DNA of 64,000 bases, from the NCBI GenBank assembly GCA_001443375.1, contig LDXM01000012.1:2089-66088 (forward strand), written 5' to 3'. The first letter of the stretch is position 1. Each line of letters opens with the position of its first letter. The stretch is from Chloroflexi bacterium CSP1-4. GTDB taxonomy: Bacteria > Chloroflexota > Limnocylindria > Limnocylindrales > CSP1-4. Made by a program: the position numbers and the translations under genes. Below, one piece after another: positions 38,313 to 47,225 of this stretch. The notes beneath the pieces were generated by a model that saw only the letters and a list, made by a program, of their open reading frames with translations, was not told the origin of the DNA and ran no database searches.

Positions 38313-38693
38313 CTAACGCGCCGCGACGACCTCGATCTCGCAGCGCGCCCCGAGGGCGAGGCGAGACACGCCCACCGTCGCGCGCGTGGGCGGATCGACG
38401 GGGAAGAACTCACGGTACGCCTCGTTGTAGGCGGCGAACTCGTCCATGTCGGTCAGGTAGACCGTCGCCTTCACGACGTCGCCGAAGTCGAGGCCGGCGA
38501 GGCGGAGCTTGGCGCCGACGTTCTCGAGCATCTGGCGCACCTCGGCCCCGATCCCGCCGGGCACGACCGCGCCGGTGGCCGGGTCGTCGCCCACCTGGCC
38601 GGCGACGAAGACGAAGCCGTTCGCCTCCACGAGCTGCGAGAACGGGTAGCGGCCCTCGGGCAGGCCGGCGGGTCGGAGGACGGTCTTGGGCAT
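38313..38693 (-). CDS. RidA/YjgF/TdcF-family reactive intermediate deaminase
   Basis: 126-aa protein with YPFSQLVEANGFVFVAGQVG...VVKATVYLTDMDEFAAYNEAYREFFP...PTRATVGVSRLALGARCEIEVVA. Confidence 0.85.
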   Translation of the reverse strand: MPKTVLRPAGLPEGRYPFSQLVEANGFVFVAGQVGDDPATGAVVPGGIGAEVRQMLENVGAKLRLAGLDFGDVVKATVYLTDMDEFAAYNEAYREFFPVDPPTRATVGVSRLALGARCEIEVVAAR

Positions 38694-38723
38694 GGCGCGA
38701 CTCCCGGTGTGGCTCGGCTTGAC

Positions 38724-38799
38724 TGGTAGGGGAGCCTGGATTCGAACCAGGGACCGGCGGTGTATAAGACCGCTGCTCTAACCGCTGAGCTACTCCCCC
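38724..38799 (-). tRNA. tRNA with anticodon UAU as read (nominally tRNA-Ile(UAU)); 76 nt including the encoded CCA
   Basis: The reverse complement folds as a cloverleaf: GGGGGAG-TA-GCTC-AGCGGTTA-GAGC-A-GCGGT-CTTATAC-ACCGC-CGGTC-CCTGG-TTCGAAT-CCAGG-CTCCCCT-A-CCA. The stems are 7/4/5/5 bp, the T-loop is TTCGAAT, U33 is present, A37 is present, and A73 is the discriminator. Confidence 0.8.
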
Positions 38800-38811
38800 G
38801 ACGCGATGCTA

Positions 38812-39228
38812 CTACTCGTGCGAGCCGAGGAGTCGCGCGGCGATGGAGCGCAGCCCGCCCTGGCTCGAGGAACGCAGGGTCTCGTGGGCTGCGGCCTCCT
38901 GGGCAGACCGGGCGCGGCTCGCTTCGGCGAGCAGGCGCTGCTCTTCCGCGGTCCGGAACGCCTCGAGGGGCAGGTCGTCGGGGTCGAAGGGGCGCTCCGT
39001 CGGCGGCGCCGCCCGTGGCGGGCGCGCATAGGCGGGAGCGCCCAGCAACCGGGGCATGGCGAAGTGCGCGGCGCCCCCGCCATCCGCCGGGACGGACGGA
39101 GCGTGGGACGAGGGGCCGGAACCGTTGCTCGACGTCGCCTGATGCGGCAGGTGTCCGTCGGGGTCGTCCGACGCACGGGCGGTCGCTTGGGCGACGCCTG
39201 CCTCGCCGGTTGGCCGCGGGCTCAACAC
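38812..39228 (-). CDS. hypothetical protein
   Basis: The GTG at 39228 has a GGAG RBS upstream (ggagtcaacGTG). The C-terminal two-thirds (HFAMPRLLGAPAYARPP...EAFRTAEEQRLLAEASRARSAQEAAAHETLRSSSQGGLRSIAARLLGSHE) looks native. The N-terminal extension of track ORF 38812..39462 looks non-coding. Confidence 0.4.
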   Translation of the reverse strand: MLSPRPTGEAGVAQATARASDDPDGHLPHQATSSNGSGPSSHAPSVPADGGGAAHFAMPRLLGAPAYARPPRAAPPTERPFDPDDLPLEAFRTAEEQRLLAEASRARSAQEAAAHETLRSSSQGGLRSIAARLLGSHE

Positions 39229-39352
39229 GTTGACTCCACGATGCTTGCCAGTCGATCGACGGCCACAGGATAAGACCGAAAGTACTGCCTCGCCACTCCA
39301 CGTGGCGCCTCGGCGCCAAGAACCGGTGACCGCCGACACCGCCGCGCCTCGT

Positions 39353-39727
39353 TCAGAGCAGCGGCCGCACCACCTGGAAGGCGACGACGAGGACGATGTA
39401 GACGACGGGGAAGGCGGCGAACATGCCGAGCATGGCGGCCCACGGCGAGCGACGCCGCTCACCCGAGGCCCCGCTCGGCAGCGGCGCCCAGAGGTACGTG
39501 AGCAGGCCCCCGGCAGCGACGACCCCCACGACGTAGAGCGCGAAGGCGCCCAGGCCCGCTCCGCCCGATGCGAGATCCCAGCCCAGGAGCACGATCCCGC
39601 CCACCACCGCTACGACGACGTCGGCGACGACGGCGCGCACGATGGGCGGCGGCGCGTTGCGCGCCTGTCGCCAGCGAACCTCCAGCTCCGAGCGCTCGCG
39701 GGCGTCGGTCGGATCGATGGGCGACAC
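39353..39727 (-). CDS. small membrane protein with two or three TM helices
   Basis: 124-aa protein MSPIDPTDARERSELEVRWRQARNAPPPIVRAVVADVVVAVVGGIVLLGW...LYVVGVVAAGGLLTYLW...FAAFPVVYIVLVVAF. Confidence 0.5.
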   Translation of the reverse strand: MSPIDPTDARERSELEVRWRQARNAPPPIVRAVVADVVVAVVGGIVLLGWDLASGGAGLGAFALYVVGVVAAGGLLTYLWAPLPSGASGERRRSPWAAMLGMFAAFPVVYIVLVVAFQVVRPLL

Positions 39728-39730
39728 CCG

Positions 39731-40984
39731 TCAGGCGCCAGGCGCCGCGTCGGACGGCAGCATCACGAGCGCGGGCCGGCGGGGGAGGGTGGCCGGCGTG
39801 TGGCGCGCCAGCTCGGCGACCGCTTCGGCGAAGCGCTCCAGCTCGTCCTCGGAGTTGAAGAAGCCGACCGAGATGCGCAGCGCGTCCACGGCGGCGACCG
39901 TGCGCGTGATGGCGAAGACACGCCGCGATAGCTCCTCGCGCAGCTCCAGCGGCGTCCAGCCCTGGACGCGGAACGAGACCAGGGTGGCCATCCGCTCCTG
40001 CGGCGTCACCAGCGTCACTCCGGGGACGGCCGCCAGGCGAGCGGCGGTGGCGCGGGCGATGCGACCCGCCCGCTCGAACGCCCACGCCAGGCCCACGTGC
40101 ATCTCCAGCCAGCCCACCGAGCGCGCCAGCCCGACCGTCGAAGGCTTGTGGTAGTTCGTGGCCTCGAAGCGACGTGCATCGGGCCAGCGGTCCCCGCGGG
40201 CATGCGCGTCGAGCGTCGCGAAGCTGAGCCAGCCGGCCGTGACCGGGAGCGCCTCCGCAACGGCTCGCGGCGACGCCCACAGCGCGCCCGTCCCCTCCGG
40301 CCCCAGCAGCCACTTCTGGCCGGGGAAGGCGATGAAGTCGGCGCCGATGGCCTCCGCGTCCACGAGGATCGCCCCCGCCGACTGGGCCGCGTCGACCGCG
40401 TACCAGACGCCGCGCTCGCGGGCGATGCGGCCGATCTCGACCACCGGCAGCACGGCGCCCGTCGTCCACAGCACGTGGGAGAGGGAGACCAGGCGCGTGC
40501 GCGGGGTCATGGCCGCGGCGATCCGTTCCTGGATGAGGGCCGGGTCACCGCCGCCCTCCACGTCCACGATGTCAAGGGCGACGCCGGCGCGGTCGCGGAC
40601 GGCGACCAGAGGCCCCAGCAGGCCGGGGTGCTCGGCGTTCGTCGTCAGGGCCCGGTCGCCCGGTCGCCAGTCGACGCCCCACGTGGCGATGTTCATGCCG
40701 TCGGTCGTGGAGTGGGTCAGCGCGATCGACTCCGGGCCGGCAGAGAGGAGCGCGGCGAGCACACCGCGGCACTCGTCCATGCGCTCGAGGAAGGCATCCC
40801 AGCCGGCCGGGTCGGCGCGCCCCACCCGCTCCTCCCAGTCCTCCAGCTCGCGCATGGCCCTGACGGTGGCGGCGGGCAGCGGACCCGACGTGCCGGTGTT
40901 GAGGTAGATGCCCGCCCCGGTCGCCGGGAGCGCCGCGCGGATCGCGGCGAGCTTCTCCGGATCGGGCTGGAGGGGGGCGACCAT
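39731..40984 (-). CDS. class V aminotransferase-fold PLP-dependent enzyme (cysteine desulfurase/SufS-CsdA-like)
   Basis: The real start is Met-34 (40984): MVAPLQPDPEKLAAIRAALPATGAGIYLNTGTSGPLP. The sequence ...AVDAAQSAGAILVD...FPGQKWLLGPEGTGALW contains the PLP-lysine region. Confidence 0.8.
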   Translation of the reverse strand: MVAPLQPDPEKLAAIRAALPATGAGIYLNTGTSGPLPAATVRAMRELEDWEERVGRADPAGWDAFLERMDECRGVLAALLSAGPESIALTHSTTDGMNIATWGVDWRPGDRALTTNAEHPGLLGPLVAVRDRAGVALDIVDVEGGGDPALIQERIAAAMTPRTRLVSLSHVLWTTGAVLPVVEIGRIARERGVWYAVDAAQSAGAILVDAEAIGADFIAFPGQKWLLGPEGTGALWASPRAVAEALPVTAGWLSFATLDAHARGDRWPDARRFEATNYHKPSTVGLARSVGWLEMHVGLAWAFERAGRIARATAARLAAVPGVTLVTPQERMATLVSFRVQGWTPLELREELSRRVFAITRTVAAVDALRISVGFFNSEDELERFAEAVAELARHTPATLPRRPALVMLPSDAAPGA

Positions 40985-41006
40985 GGGGCGGCTATGATAG
41001 CCCGCG

Positions 41007-41849
41007 ATGCCCGCGACCTTCGCCCGTCCGGAATTGCTGGCGAGCCCCGACTGGCTGGCCGAGCACCTCTCGCGACCGGGCATCCGGGTCGTGGATTGCC
41101 GCTACCGGGTGGACGGGACGGGCCGCCAGGTCCACGCCGCGGGCCACATCCCCGGCGCCGTCCACCTCGACTGGGCGCACGAGCTCATCGACGCCGACGA
41201 CCCGCTCCCCTTCCAGCTCGCCGGCCCCGACGAGTTCGCGGCCGCGATGTCCCGGGCGGGCGTCGGCGATGGAGCCACGGCCATCCTCTACGACGACACC
41301 GCATCGCTCTATGCCAGCCGCGTCTGGTGGAGCCTGCGCTGCTACGGCTTCGAGGGCGTGCGCGTCCTCGACGGCGGCTGGGCTGCCTGGGTGGCCAGCG
41401 GGCGGCCGACCTCGACCGCCGCGCCCGGGCCCGAACCGGCTGTCTTCACCCCCCGCAGCGCCTCGAGCCTGCGTCTATCGACGCCCGACGTCCGCGCCCT
41501 CCTCGGTTCGCCGGACGTCGAGCTCGTGGACACGCGCGGCCCGGCCGAGTACCGGGGCCAGGAGGGCAACGCGAAGCGCCTCGGCCACATCCCTGGCGCG
41601 GTGAACGTGCCGGCGGCGCTGCTGACGGTGCCGGGCAGCCAGGTCTTCGAAACGCCCGAGCGATTGTCCAGACTCTACGTCGAGGCCGGCGTCCAGCGCG
41701 GGCGGCGCGTCGTCCTCTACGACGGCGCGGGTATCGGTGCGGCGAAGGCGGCCTTCGTTCTGGCGCTGCTGGGATACGAGGATGTCGCCCTCTACGACTC
41801 CGGCTGGGCCGACTGGGGCAGCCGGCTCGACCTGCCGGTCGCTCGCTAG
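41007..41849 (+). CDS. rhodanese-domain sulfurtransferase (thiosulfate/3-mercaptopyruvate sulfurtransferase, SseA-like, tandem rhodanese)
   Basis: 280-aa protein with LVSPDWLAEHLSRPGIRVVDCRY...GHIPGAV (domain 1) and the catalytic Cys loop region in domain 2 (...YDGAGIGAAKAAFVL). Confidence 0.85.
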   Translation: MPATFARPELLASPDWLAEHLSRPGIRVVDCRYRVDGTGRQVHAAGHIPGAVHLDWAHELIDADDPLPFQLAGPDEFAAAMSRAGVGDGATAILYDDTASLYASRVWWSLRCYGFEGVRVLDGGWAAWVASGRPTSTAAPGPEPAVFTPRSASSLRLSTPDVRALLGSPDVELVDTRGPAEYRGQEGNAKRLGHIPGAVNVPAALLTVPGSQVFETPERLSRLYVEAGVQRGRRVVLYDGAGIGAAKAAFVLALLGYEDVALYDSGWADWGSRLDLPVAR

Positions 41850-42436
41850 GACTCGCCTGCCCCGGTTCCGCGCTCGGCGTCGGCCCCTTCCCCGATCGTC
41901 ACGCCCGCCCAGACGTCGGTCTCTCGGTAGGGCGCCAGCACCTGCGCGCGCGAGTGGTTGACGGCCAGGAAGGGCGCCTGCGTGCGCGCCTCGCCGAGGC
42001 TGTCCGACCAGTACGTGGCGTCGGTCACGGGCAGGAAGCGACCGGCCAGGTCGCTGAGCGCGTGATGCAGGTTGCGTTCGGGCAGGAGGTGGATGCGCCC
42101 CACGATCTTGAAGGGGGGCACGCTCACCAGCGCGCGTTCTGGCACCTTCATCGTGCGCAGCTCGGGGGTCGCCTCGACCGCCACCTCCGCCACGGCGAAC
42201 AGGATCGTGGCCAGGTTGACCTGAGCGTAGTCGGCGCGCTCGATCGTCGCTCGGGCGCCGAAGTCCTCGAGGATGACCTCCTCGAGGACCACGAAGGACG
42301 CATCCGTCGCGTTCAGGACGTCGGTCAGTCGCCGCTGGCGCGTGCGCAGCATGCCGCGCACTACGTGGCTGTCCGTGAACAGCGTGACGTGTGACGAGGA
42401 CTCGACGCCGTACTGGTCCAACATGCCGGTTAGCAT
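41846..42436 (-). CDS. hypothetical protein
   Basis: 196-aa ORF with native-like composition. It overlaps the rhodanese stop by 4 nt. Confidence 0.45.
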   Translation of the reverse strand: MLTGMLDQYGVESSSHVTLFTDSHVVRGMLRTRQRRLTDVLNATDASFVVLEEVILEDFGARATIERADYAQVNLATILFAVAEVAVEATPELRTMKVPERALVSVPPFKIVGRIHLLPERNLHHALSDLAGRFLPVTDATYWSDSLGEARTQAPFLAVNHSRAQVLAPYRETDVWAGVTIGEGADAERGTGAGES

Positions 42437-42515
42437 ACCCGCGGCGCGACGCCCCGGGGAGAGCGTGCGGCCCCCATTTCAGCTCGTCGTGGACGGCGCG
42501 CACCGCAAAACGCCG

Positions 42516-44207
42516 TCAGCCCGCGCCGGCCTCGAGCCGGTAGCTGACGCCGGCCTGCAGCTGCTCGTGCATCCTCTCCACGGTGGCGAGGCGGTCGATC
42601 TCGGAGGGCGGCTTGTCGGGCCGCAGCCGGACGATGCGCGGGAAGCGCAGCGCGAACCCGGACCCGTGGCGGCTCGAGCGCATGATCACGTCGAAGGCGA
42701 CCTCGACCACGACCGTCGGCTCCACCACCCGGTAGCGCCCGAAGCGCTCCAGCGTGTGTGCCTCGAACCAGCGCGTCATCTCCGCCAGCTCCGCGTCGGT
42801 CAGGCCGCTGTAGGCCTTGCCGATGGTGGCCAGCGGCTTCGTCGCATCGGCGCGGTCGTCGAGGACGGCGAACGTGTAGTCGGACAGCACGCCGTGGCGC
42901 TTGCCGTGGCCGACCTCCACGCCGACCACGACGCAGTCGAGCGTGGCCAGCGGCCGCTTCAGCTTCAGCCAGCCGTAGCCGCGGCGACCGGGCGAATAGC
43001 CGCTCTCCGGGTCCTTGACCATCAGACCCTCGTTGCCGCGCTGCCGGGCGGCCGCGAAATGGCGCTCCAGCACCGCCCCGTCCGCGGCAGTCAGGAGGTT
43101 GGAGACGCCGAAGCCCGGGGTCCGAGCCAACCCGAGAGCGTCGAGCCGCGCACGGCGCTCGCGCAGCGGCAGTCGAAGCAGGGGCTCCACCGGCGCGCCG
43201 TCGCCGGGACCCAGCGCGAGCGCATCGAAGGCGACGAAGATGCAGGGCACCTCCGCGATGAGGGCCGCCGGCGGCTTCTTGCGCCCGAGGCGCGCCTGGA
43301 GCTGCTGGAAGGGCAGCGCCGTGCCCCCCTTCCAGGCCAGCAGCTCGCCGTCGAGGAGGCCGTCCCAGCTCAGCTGGACGGCCGCCGCGACCACCTCGGG
43401 GAACTGGCCGCTCACGTCATGGAGGTCGCGGCTGTAGAGGCGCGCCTCCCCATCGCGCCGGTGGAGCTGGGCCCGGATCCCGTCGTACTTGTCCTCCACC
43501 CAGACGGGCGAGCCCAGGCGCATCAGAACCTCGGCGGCATCCGCGGCCGGCGAGGCGAGCATGGACTTCAGCGGCCGGAAAAGCGTCAGCTCGGCCGCGT
43601 CCAGCCGGTCGTCGCGGGCCAGCTCGGCGGACTGCCCGAGGTCCCCGGTGAGCATGCCCGCCCACTTCACGGCCTCGACGTCGCGCCCGAAGGCGGCGGC
43701 GATGGCCGTCTCCAGGTGCCCCTCGCGCAGGCCGATGCGCATCTCGCCGGAGAGCGTCTTGACCACGTACTTGGCGGTGAGCGGATCGCAGCGCCAGAGC
43801 AGCGTGCGGAAGATCCGCGTCTTCTCCGCCGCGCCCCGCGTCGTCGCGATCTCGGAGAGCGCGGCATCCACATCGGTCAGCGCCGGCAGCTCGCCGGAGG
43901 GGCGTCGGCCGCTCGCCGCGAGGACGTCGTGTACGGCCTGCCCCAGGTCCGACGATCGGTCGTACGCTCGCCCGAGGGCGCCGTCCTCGGCGTCGGCATC
44001 GGCCTCCGCGGCGGCCGCGATGGCGGCCCAGCCCAGGCCCGTGGTGCGCGGGTCGCGCTCGGGGAAGGGGCGGCCGGAGAGATAGGTGACGGCCAGCGGC
44101 AGCTCGGCCGGGGTGAGGGTCCGGAGGTACGCGGCGAGGATGGCGACCTTCTCCGAGGTGCGGCTCGTGGCCGCCACGCGCTCGGCCGTCTCGCTCCAAC
44201 GGCGCAT
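42516..44207 (-). CDS. ATP-dependent DNA ligase (LigB/LigC-type, eukaryotic ligase I-like)
   Basis: Start at Met-25 (44207). The adenylation motif I is VEDKYDGIRAQLH (KxDG). The OB-fold domain contains ...EGLMVKDPESGYSPGRRGYGWLKLK. The protein is 563 aa. Confidence 0.85.
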   Translation of the reverse strand: MRRWSETAERVAATSRTSEKVAILAAYLRTLTPAELPLAVTYLSGRPFPERDPRTTGLGWAAIAAAAEADADAEDGALGRAYDRSSDLGQAVHDVLAASGRRPSGELPALTDVDAALSEIATTRGAAEKTRIFRTLLWRCDPLTAKYVVKTLSGEMRIGLREGHLETAIAAAFGRDVEAVKWAGMLTGDLGQSAELARDDRLDAAELTLFRPLKSMLASPAADAAEVLMRLGSPVWVEDKYDGIRAQLHRRDGEARLYSRDLHDVSGQFPEVVAAAVQLSWDGLLDGELLAWKGGTALPFQQLQARLGRKKPPAALIAEVPCIFVAFDALALGPGDGAPVEPLLRLPLRERRARLDALGLARTPGFGVSNLLTAADGAVLERHFAAARQRGNEGLMVKDPESGYSPGRRGYGWLKLKRPLATLDCVVVGVEVGHGKRHGVLSDYTFAVLDDRADATKPLATIGKAYSGLTDAELAEMTRWFEAHTLERFGRYRVVEPTVVVEVAFDVIMRSSRHGSGFALRFPRIVRLRPDKPPSEIDRLATVERMHEQLQAGVSYRLEAGAG

Positions 44208-44235
44208 CCGGGCGATGGTATAGCATCGCCTTCCG

Positions 44236-44856
44236 ATGGCCTCCGAGCTCGCCCGCGACCGCTGGCATCCGCCGGTCATCGAAGGCCGGCTGGTGACGTT
44301 GCGCCGGCATGTGCCCGAGAATCTTGCCGCGGTCGTGCGCTGGTACCGCGACCCCGAGCTGGCGCGGCTCTCGCGCTACCAGACGCGGCCGATGCCCTTC
44401 GAAGAGATCGAGCACTTCTTCCGCACGCGACTGCTGGCCGCCGACGCCTTCGCCTACGCCATCCACCAGCGGCCGAGCGGCCGGCTCGTGGGCCTCACGA
44501 CCTTCTCCAACCTCGATCCGGACAACGGCACGGCGCTCTTCCACATCACCATCGGTGAGCCGGACTCCCAGGACCGCGGCCTGGGCACGGAGGCGACCGA
44601 GCTGATGATCGGCCACGCCTTTGACGTGCTCGGCCTGCACCGCATCGGGCTCAGCGTCTTTGCCTTCAACAGCCGCGCCATCCGCGCCTACGAGAAGGCC
44701 GGCTTCCGCGTGGAAGGGCGGCTGCGCGAGGCGATCTGGCGCGACGGCCGCCACTGGGACGAGGTGCAGATGGGCATCCTCGCCGACGAGTGGCGGGCGG
44801 GGCGTGTCGGTGCGGTGGCCGCGCCGGCCGTCGGCGAGGCGGAGCTCGTGCCGTGA
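44236..44856 (+). CDS. GNAT-family N-acetyltransferase (RimJ/RimL-like)
   Basis: 206-aa protein with ...IGEPDSQDRGLGTEATELMIGHAFDVLGLHRIGLSVFAFNSRAIRAYEKAGF (acetyl-CoA binding motif A). Confidence 0.8.
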   Translation: MASELARDRWHPPVIEGRLVTLRRHVPENLAAVVRWYRDPELARLSRYQTRPMPFEEIEHFFRTRLLAADAFAYAIHQRPSGRLVGLTTFSNLDPDNGTALFHITIGEPDSQDRGLGTEATELMIGHAFDVLGLHRIGLSVFAFNSRAIRAYEKAGFRVEGRLREAIWRDGRHWDEVQMGILADEWRAGRVGAVAAPAVGEAELVP

Positions 44857-45131
44857 GCCAGGGCAGGGATCCCGCCGCCGCCGCTCGCGCCGAGTTCCGC
44901 GCCATCCTGGCCGAGAAGGGCCACGCGGTGGAGAACGCCCGCCGGGCCGTGGACCGGCTGGAGGCGGGCTTCGCCGACGGTTCGCTGCACCGGACGCCGT
45001 TCATCGACCAGGCCATCCGCGACCTGATGGCCGCGCTCGACCAGGAGGCGGGCCAGAAGCTCGGCGGCAAGAGCGCAGAGGCCTCGCGCTTCATCCTGCG
45101 CGCCATCGACCGCGCCCTCGAGGAGGCGTAG
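44853..45131 (+). CDS. hypothetical small protein (92 aa)
   Basis: The GTG at 44853 overlaps the GNAT stop as GTGA. Translation is VSQGRDPAAAARAEFRAILAEKGHAVENARRAVDRLEAGFADGSLHRTPFIDQAIRDLMAALDQEAGQKLGGKSAEASRFILRAIDRALEEA. Confidence 0.4.
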   Translation: MSQGRDPAAAARAEFRAILAEKGHAVENARRAVDRLEAGFADGSLHRTPFIDQAIRDLMAALDQEAGQKLGGKSAEASRFILRAIDRALEEA

Positions 45132-45469
45132 CCGGGCGATCTCCGGTTCTGGCGAACTCGGCCCTCGTTCTAAGTTCGTGCCACGCGGAGGGAACGCGCG
45201 CAGTGGCCGCCCGAGCGTCGTTGTCGGCCACCCCGACCTTAGAACGTGTCCCCCAGGGGGGTTCCGGTCGAGAAGGGCCGAATGCCCAGCGCCAAGGGCC
45301 GAAGGCCCGGCGCCTTGTGTCCTGCCAAGCCTGGTTCCCGACCATAGACCGAGGTTGGCGCGTCACATCCTCGTCATCTCCGGATCCCGGCGCCTGCGTA
45401 GACTTGGCGCAGACACCCGACGCGCGCCGAGCGCGGCGGCCGGCACCCGCGAAAGGACCCCAGACCCCG

Positions 45470-46072
45470 ATGTTGGACCGACTCATGGGCGGCACCAAGC
45501 TCTCCGACGAGCAGAAGCGCCGCGTCCCGCCCGGCCAGTACGTGACCGAGAAGTTCCCCGTCCTCCACTACGGCTCCGTGCCGCACGCCGACCTTGCAAG
45601 GTGGGATTTCAAGGTCTTCGGTGACGTGGCGAGCCCCTTCACGTTCCGCTGGGACGAGTTCAAGCTCATGCCGCGCAAGCGGGTCCACACGGACATCCAC
45701 TGCGTCACGCGCTGGACCAAGCTCGACACCGACTTCGAGGGCGTCCCGATCCAGCACATCCTCGAGCTGGCGCAGCTGAAGCCGACGGCGAAGTTCGTGG
45801 TCGCCCACTGCGAGCAGGGCTACACCACGAACCTGCCGCTCGAGGTGCTCGACGACGACGACGTCCTGCTGGCCGACTCGTTCGACGGCAAGCCGCTGGA
45901 GGCCGAGCACGGCTGGCCGGTGCGCCTCTTCGTGCCCAAGCGCTACTTCTGGAAGAGCGCCAAGTGGGTCCGCGGCCTCGAGTTCATCGCCCAGGATCGC
46001 CTCGGCTTCTGGGAGCGCTACGGCTACCACAACAGCGCCGACCCCTGGCGGGAAGAGCGCTTCTCCGAGTAG
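45470..46072 (+). CDS. molybdopterin-dependent oxidoreductase of the sulfite oxidase family (YedY/MsrP-like Mo-binding domain only, 200 aa)
   Basis: ATG at 45470 with a GAAAGGA RBS. The motifs are VPPGQYVTEKFPVLHYGSVP...WDEFKLMPRKRVHTDIHCVTRWTKLDTDFEGVPI...HGWPVRLFVP. The track ORF is extended 5' to 44621. Confidence 0.75.
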   Translation: MLDRLMGGTKLSDEQKRRVPPGQYVTEKFPVLHYGSVPHADLARWDFKVFGDVASPFTFRWDEFKLMPRKRVHTDIHCVTRWTKLDTDFEGVPIQHILELAQLKPTAKFVVAHCEQGYTTNLPLEVLDDDDVLLADSFDGKPLEAEHGWPVRLFVPKRYFWKSAKWVRGLEFIAQDRLGFWERYGYHNSADPWREERFSE

Positions 46073-46421
46073 CGCTGCGGTAGCGGTCGAGGTGGCGGAT
46101 CGCGGCCCCGTGGCAGCTCCACCCGGGGCGTAAGGTGGATCTGCGCCGCAGGTTCCACTTCAAGTGAACAGGAACCCGACGCTCACGGAGCAGCGGCCGG
46201 CGGTCCCCGTCGGTGGAGGATGGGCGACGGATCCTGCGAGCGTGAGTCGGCGGGCCAGACGGTCGAATGAGGCGCGGAACCGGGCAGGCGGACGGCCCCC
46301 TGGTGGCGGTGGCGGCGTCAGGCAGCCGCGCTGTTCACTTGAAGCTGAAAGCGAGGTCGCCGGTGGGGCGTAGCGGCGTTGCTCGCCGACCGGCCCGCGG
46401 ACCGGGACCGCGCCTCGCGTC

Positions 46422-47225
46422 CTAGTTCCGCCGCGACTCCGCGCCACGGGCGTCGACGACGAGCGGCTTCAGATGCCGGTCGAGGAGGCGGATCTCGCGG
46501 CTCAGGAGGTCGTCGAGACGGCGCAGCCGCGCCTCGGTGTCCATGGCCTCGAGGAGACCCTGGCGCGCCGGCAGCTCCACGTGGACCAGCCCGGCCAGCA
46601 CGTACGAGAGGGCGGTCGGGTCTTCGGGGGTGACGAGGCGGCGAGCGGCGGCCATGAGCAGCTCACGGCGGTCGGCATCGGTGCCGGCCGTGACATCCTC
46701 GTGCTCTGGGCGGCCCGCAGCCCCCGAGCCTTCGGAGCGTTCGGCGTCGGGCTCGTCATCGACGATGACCTCGATCTCGATCTCGGGGCCGTCGTCGTCA
46801 TCGAGCGCCGGCTGGAGCAGCTCGAGGTAGCGCAGGAAGCGCTGACTCACCCGCTCGGACAGTCCGCGCGCGGTCAGCGCATCGCCGATCGGTTCGTCGA
46901 GGTAGCGCACGTCGGCCGTGAGGTAGGGCTCGGGCCCGTTCTCCACGTCAGCGATGCGGAACCGGCGGCCGCCCACGGTCATCAGATCGTAGCGGCCATC
47001 CGGGTAGCGCCCGGCCTCGCGGATGAGCGCGGTCGTGCCCACCCGGGCGATGCGGCCGTCGAGCGGCCCCACCTCGCGGCCCTGCCGGATGAGCACCACG
47101 CCGAACGGCTCCCCGAGGTCGATGCAGCGCCCGACCATCACGCGGTAGCGCTCCTCGAAGACATGAAGCGGAAGCGCGACGCCGGGGCAGAGGACCGTGT
47201 GGAGCGGGAAGAGCGGCAGGTCCAT
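46422..47225 (-). CDS. LON N-terminal (substrate-binding, PUA-like) domain protein
   Basis: 267-aa protein beginning MDLPLFPLHTVLCPGVALPLHVFEERYRVMV...FGVVLI. Confidence 0.75.
   Translation of the reverse strand: MDLPLFPLHTVLCPGVALPLHVFEERYRVMVGRCIDLGEPFGVVLIRQGREVGPLDGRIARVGTTALIREAGRYPDGRYDLMTVGGRRFRIADVENGPEPYLTADVRYLDEPIGDALTARGLSERVSQRFLRYLELLQPALDDDDGPEIEIEVIVDDEPDAERSEGSGAAGRPEHEDVTAGTDADRRELLMAAARRLVTPEDPTALSYVLAGLVHVELPARQGLLEAMDTEARLRRLDDLLSREIRLLDRHLKPLVVDARGAESRRN

Noticed and set aside
37569-39931. ORFs 37569..38729(+), 37865..38413(-), 38471..39319(-), 38806..39273(+), 39230..39931(+), 39459..40469(-)
   Set aside because: They conflict with RidA, the tRNA, and better-composed minus-strand genes. 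The tRNA at 38724..38799 would be disrupted by 38471..39319.
40097-44754. ORFs 40097..42394(+, 765 aa), 41475..42503(-), 42273..44558(+, 761 aa), 43417..44754(-)
   Set aside because: They are antisense to the aminotransferase, ligase and GNAT genes.
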